DNA of 62,695 nucleotides, filler included, from Squatina squatina (lineage: Eukaryota), in NCBI GenBank assembly GCA_031763465.1. It is 4 parts of 4 records of this genome, joined end to end, with 100 filler letters (N's around TTAATTAATTAA, not from the genome) between each part and the next. Parts side by side here need not be neighbours in the genome. Positions count along the whole stretch, not along the records: positions 48,633 to 62,695 come from JARFOE010000115.1; 3 more parts are not named here. One strand, 5' to 3'. This document shows, piece after piece, positions 60,606-62,695 of the stretch. Position numbers and translations under genes: made by a program. Below the pieces are notes generated by a model. That model saw only the letters and a list, made by a program, of their open reading frames with translations. It had not been told where the DNA came from and made no database searches. Numbering within the stretch: position 1 is the stretch's first letter; each line of letters begins with the position of its first letter.

Positions 60606-62695
60606 ACACACTTGCAATAACACAAAGCAAGACCCTCTCTTGACTCAACTTCTTATCTCACAACTATCTTGGCCCAATGTTCACTGATTCCTTTTCGTTT
60701 GGATCTGTCCACNNNNNNNNNNNNNNNNNNNNNNNNNNNNNNNNNNNNNNNNNNNNNNNNNNNNNNNNNNNNNNNNNNNNNNNNNNNNNNNNNNNNNNNN
60801 NNNNNNNNNNNNCCGGGCCCGGTGCAGTCGGGCTGGTTGGGAATGCGTGTGGAGGAACTCCTGCTGAGTGAGCTCCCTGGAAGGCGAACACTGGGCCCGA
60901 GTGTTTCCTGGCTGGACAGGAGACAATTGGCGATTCATTCCGGGAGCTGTGTCCCCAAGCCCCCGGAGACAAGACAACGTGACATCTCTAATGGTTTCTT
61001 GCGAATAAATGCTCATCCAATGGCGTCTTTGTGGACACGTCAAAGATTATTTACAGAATCACTCAGTTTCTGAAATTGTTTCCTGCCGGTTCCCGTCACT
61101 CCCGGTAGGTGGTGCCAGGACAGATCGCGGACAGAAGGAGCGACCTCTCCACCTCAGCGGGAGGGCAGCAGAAGGAGCGCTAATTGTGCAGCCCGAGGGC
61201 CAGATCGAGCGGATTAGAGAGAAGGGTCTGGGGACACAGGCAGACGGGGAGAATCCGCCTCTCTCTCTCACACACACACAAGCACATACACACGGGCAGA
61301 AATCAAACTCCAATAAAGACTCAAGTAAAAAAAAAATCACCCTTCTGCCTACAATAAACTCATTCACACTAACACAAAACTCACAAACGCAAATACACTC
61401 TTGCATAAACCAACATCAACACATTCAGACTCTCACACATAACAAAAACAAACTTAGAAACAGGCTCACACTACTACATACACCAACATCACATACACCA
61501 TCATTNNNNNNNNNNNNNNNNNNNNNNNNNNNNNNNNNNNNNNNNNNNNNNNNNNNNNNNNNNNNNNNNNNNNNNNNNNNNNNNNNNNNNNNNNNNNNNN
61601 NNNNNATATAAACAGCCAAACATTTCACAAGTGACTTTTCACAAGTGACTTTTCAAAAATATGCACCACTTCCATAATTCTAAGGACATGTATGTGTGAC
61701 ATATTAGGTCCACGTTATTATCCAGTAATGCATGTTTCTATTTACACAAGCTAGCGCCTATCGAAATGACACACAGCTAATGTGTACCTTAGACCTGCCT
61801 AAATAGGTACTATTTCAAAACACGACTACATAAAATGGAACTATTAGAGCCCTGAACCCAATGCACTGGCAGGGTAAGTGCTGAAATGTGCTGTAATGTT
61901 CAACACTTCAATTTGCTGATGTATTATGCATTATCTAACACGACTTCTGCAATATGGACTCGGCCGTTTCTGTGCAGACAGCTCTCGTTTGCAATCTGAA
62001 TTAAATATATAACTATAGACTGCTGTGAATTTGTTCTTTCAGTAAAACTACGCGTATTAAGAATGAGAGTTTTTTTAATTATTATTTTACCCTAACTTAT
62101 TATCAGACCAGGCGGGCGATATTGTCACATTTTGGACGATTGCCACCAAGCAGTTAAGACTAATCCAGAGATACCGTTCACAATTTGTAAACTGACCTAT
62201 GGATAGCAGTCTGAATATATATTCGACTGGCAACTACTAAAAAGGTTGTTACTTAGCAATAAATTGCATCAGATTTTGGATAAACTTATAATAAAAGTAC
62301 TTCACTTTCCAGCTGGTAAGTGTGTAGTTCTATGTTTACATTATGGGACGCTCACGTTCTGTCTATGTTTAGGCTCACCTACACATCCCTATATAGACTC
62401 ACACAAAATGATCTGGGGAATTTCAACAGTCAAATAACTTATTAGACTCGAAAGTTTAGATCTATTTTATCTTTTAAATTAAAAACTGCGAAGTCCCATA
62501 TAATTTGTGCTGCTTCAATATGATTAAATATTTTTGAGTTAATTATTATATTTGTGAAATTGAAATTAAAAATGAAGAAATAGCACTCGTTTATTTTAAT
62601 TATTTTACAGCAACGGCCGATAGCGAATGTGTGTGTGATTCGCGTATGATTATCAGGAGCCGAAGTTACAAGCATCGAATCAAAACAATGAGGAA

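Noticed and set aside
61009-61611. 200-aa ORF
   Set aside because: It runs through GC-rich sequence, CA-rich low-complexity sequence and an N gap, with no domain or splice evidence.

Overview
Eukaryotic DNA, very probably a cartilaginous fish (shark): the repeats are CR1/HER1-like LINEs, SacSINE1/DeuSINE-like SINEs, L2 and Harbinger elements. The window is a fragmented short-read assembly of four unrelated scaffolds joined by artificial 100-nt linkers (44N-TTAATTAATTAA-44N), and most scaffolds have many internal 100-N gaps. Scaffold 1 (1-15455) is AT-rich non-coding DNA with transposon remnants and candidate regulatory motifs. Scaffold 2 (15556-30034) is gap-free and packed with decayed LINEs. 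It holds two old local duplications, a degenerate tRNA-Ala(CGC) and a possible CARD-like pseudo-exon. Scaffold 3 (30135-48532) carries one exon of SKA1 (-), one exon of CFAP53 (+) and motor-domain exons of myosin Vb (+), in the same order and orientation as human 18q21. Scaffold 4 (48633-62695) starts with the 3' end of the SIX2 coding sequence, followed by its downstream non-coding region. The most notable observation is two intact 266-nt copies of the myosin V exon covering the CM loop, helix O and switch II, about 66% identical in protein. This is either a mutually exclusive exon pair or a contig from another myosin V paralog scaffolded in. Gene identifications rest on my recall of vertebrate protein sequences, repeat boundaries are approximate, and no searches were run.
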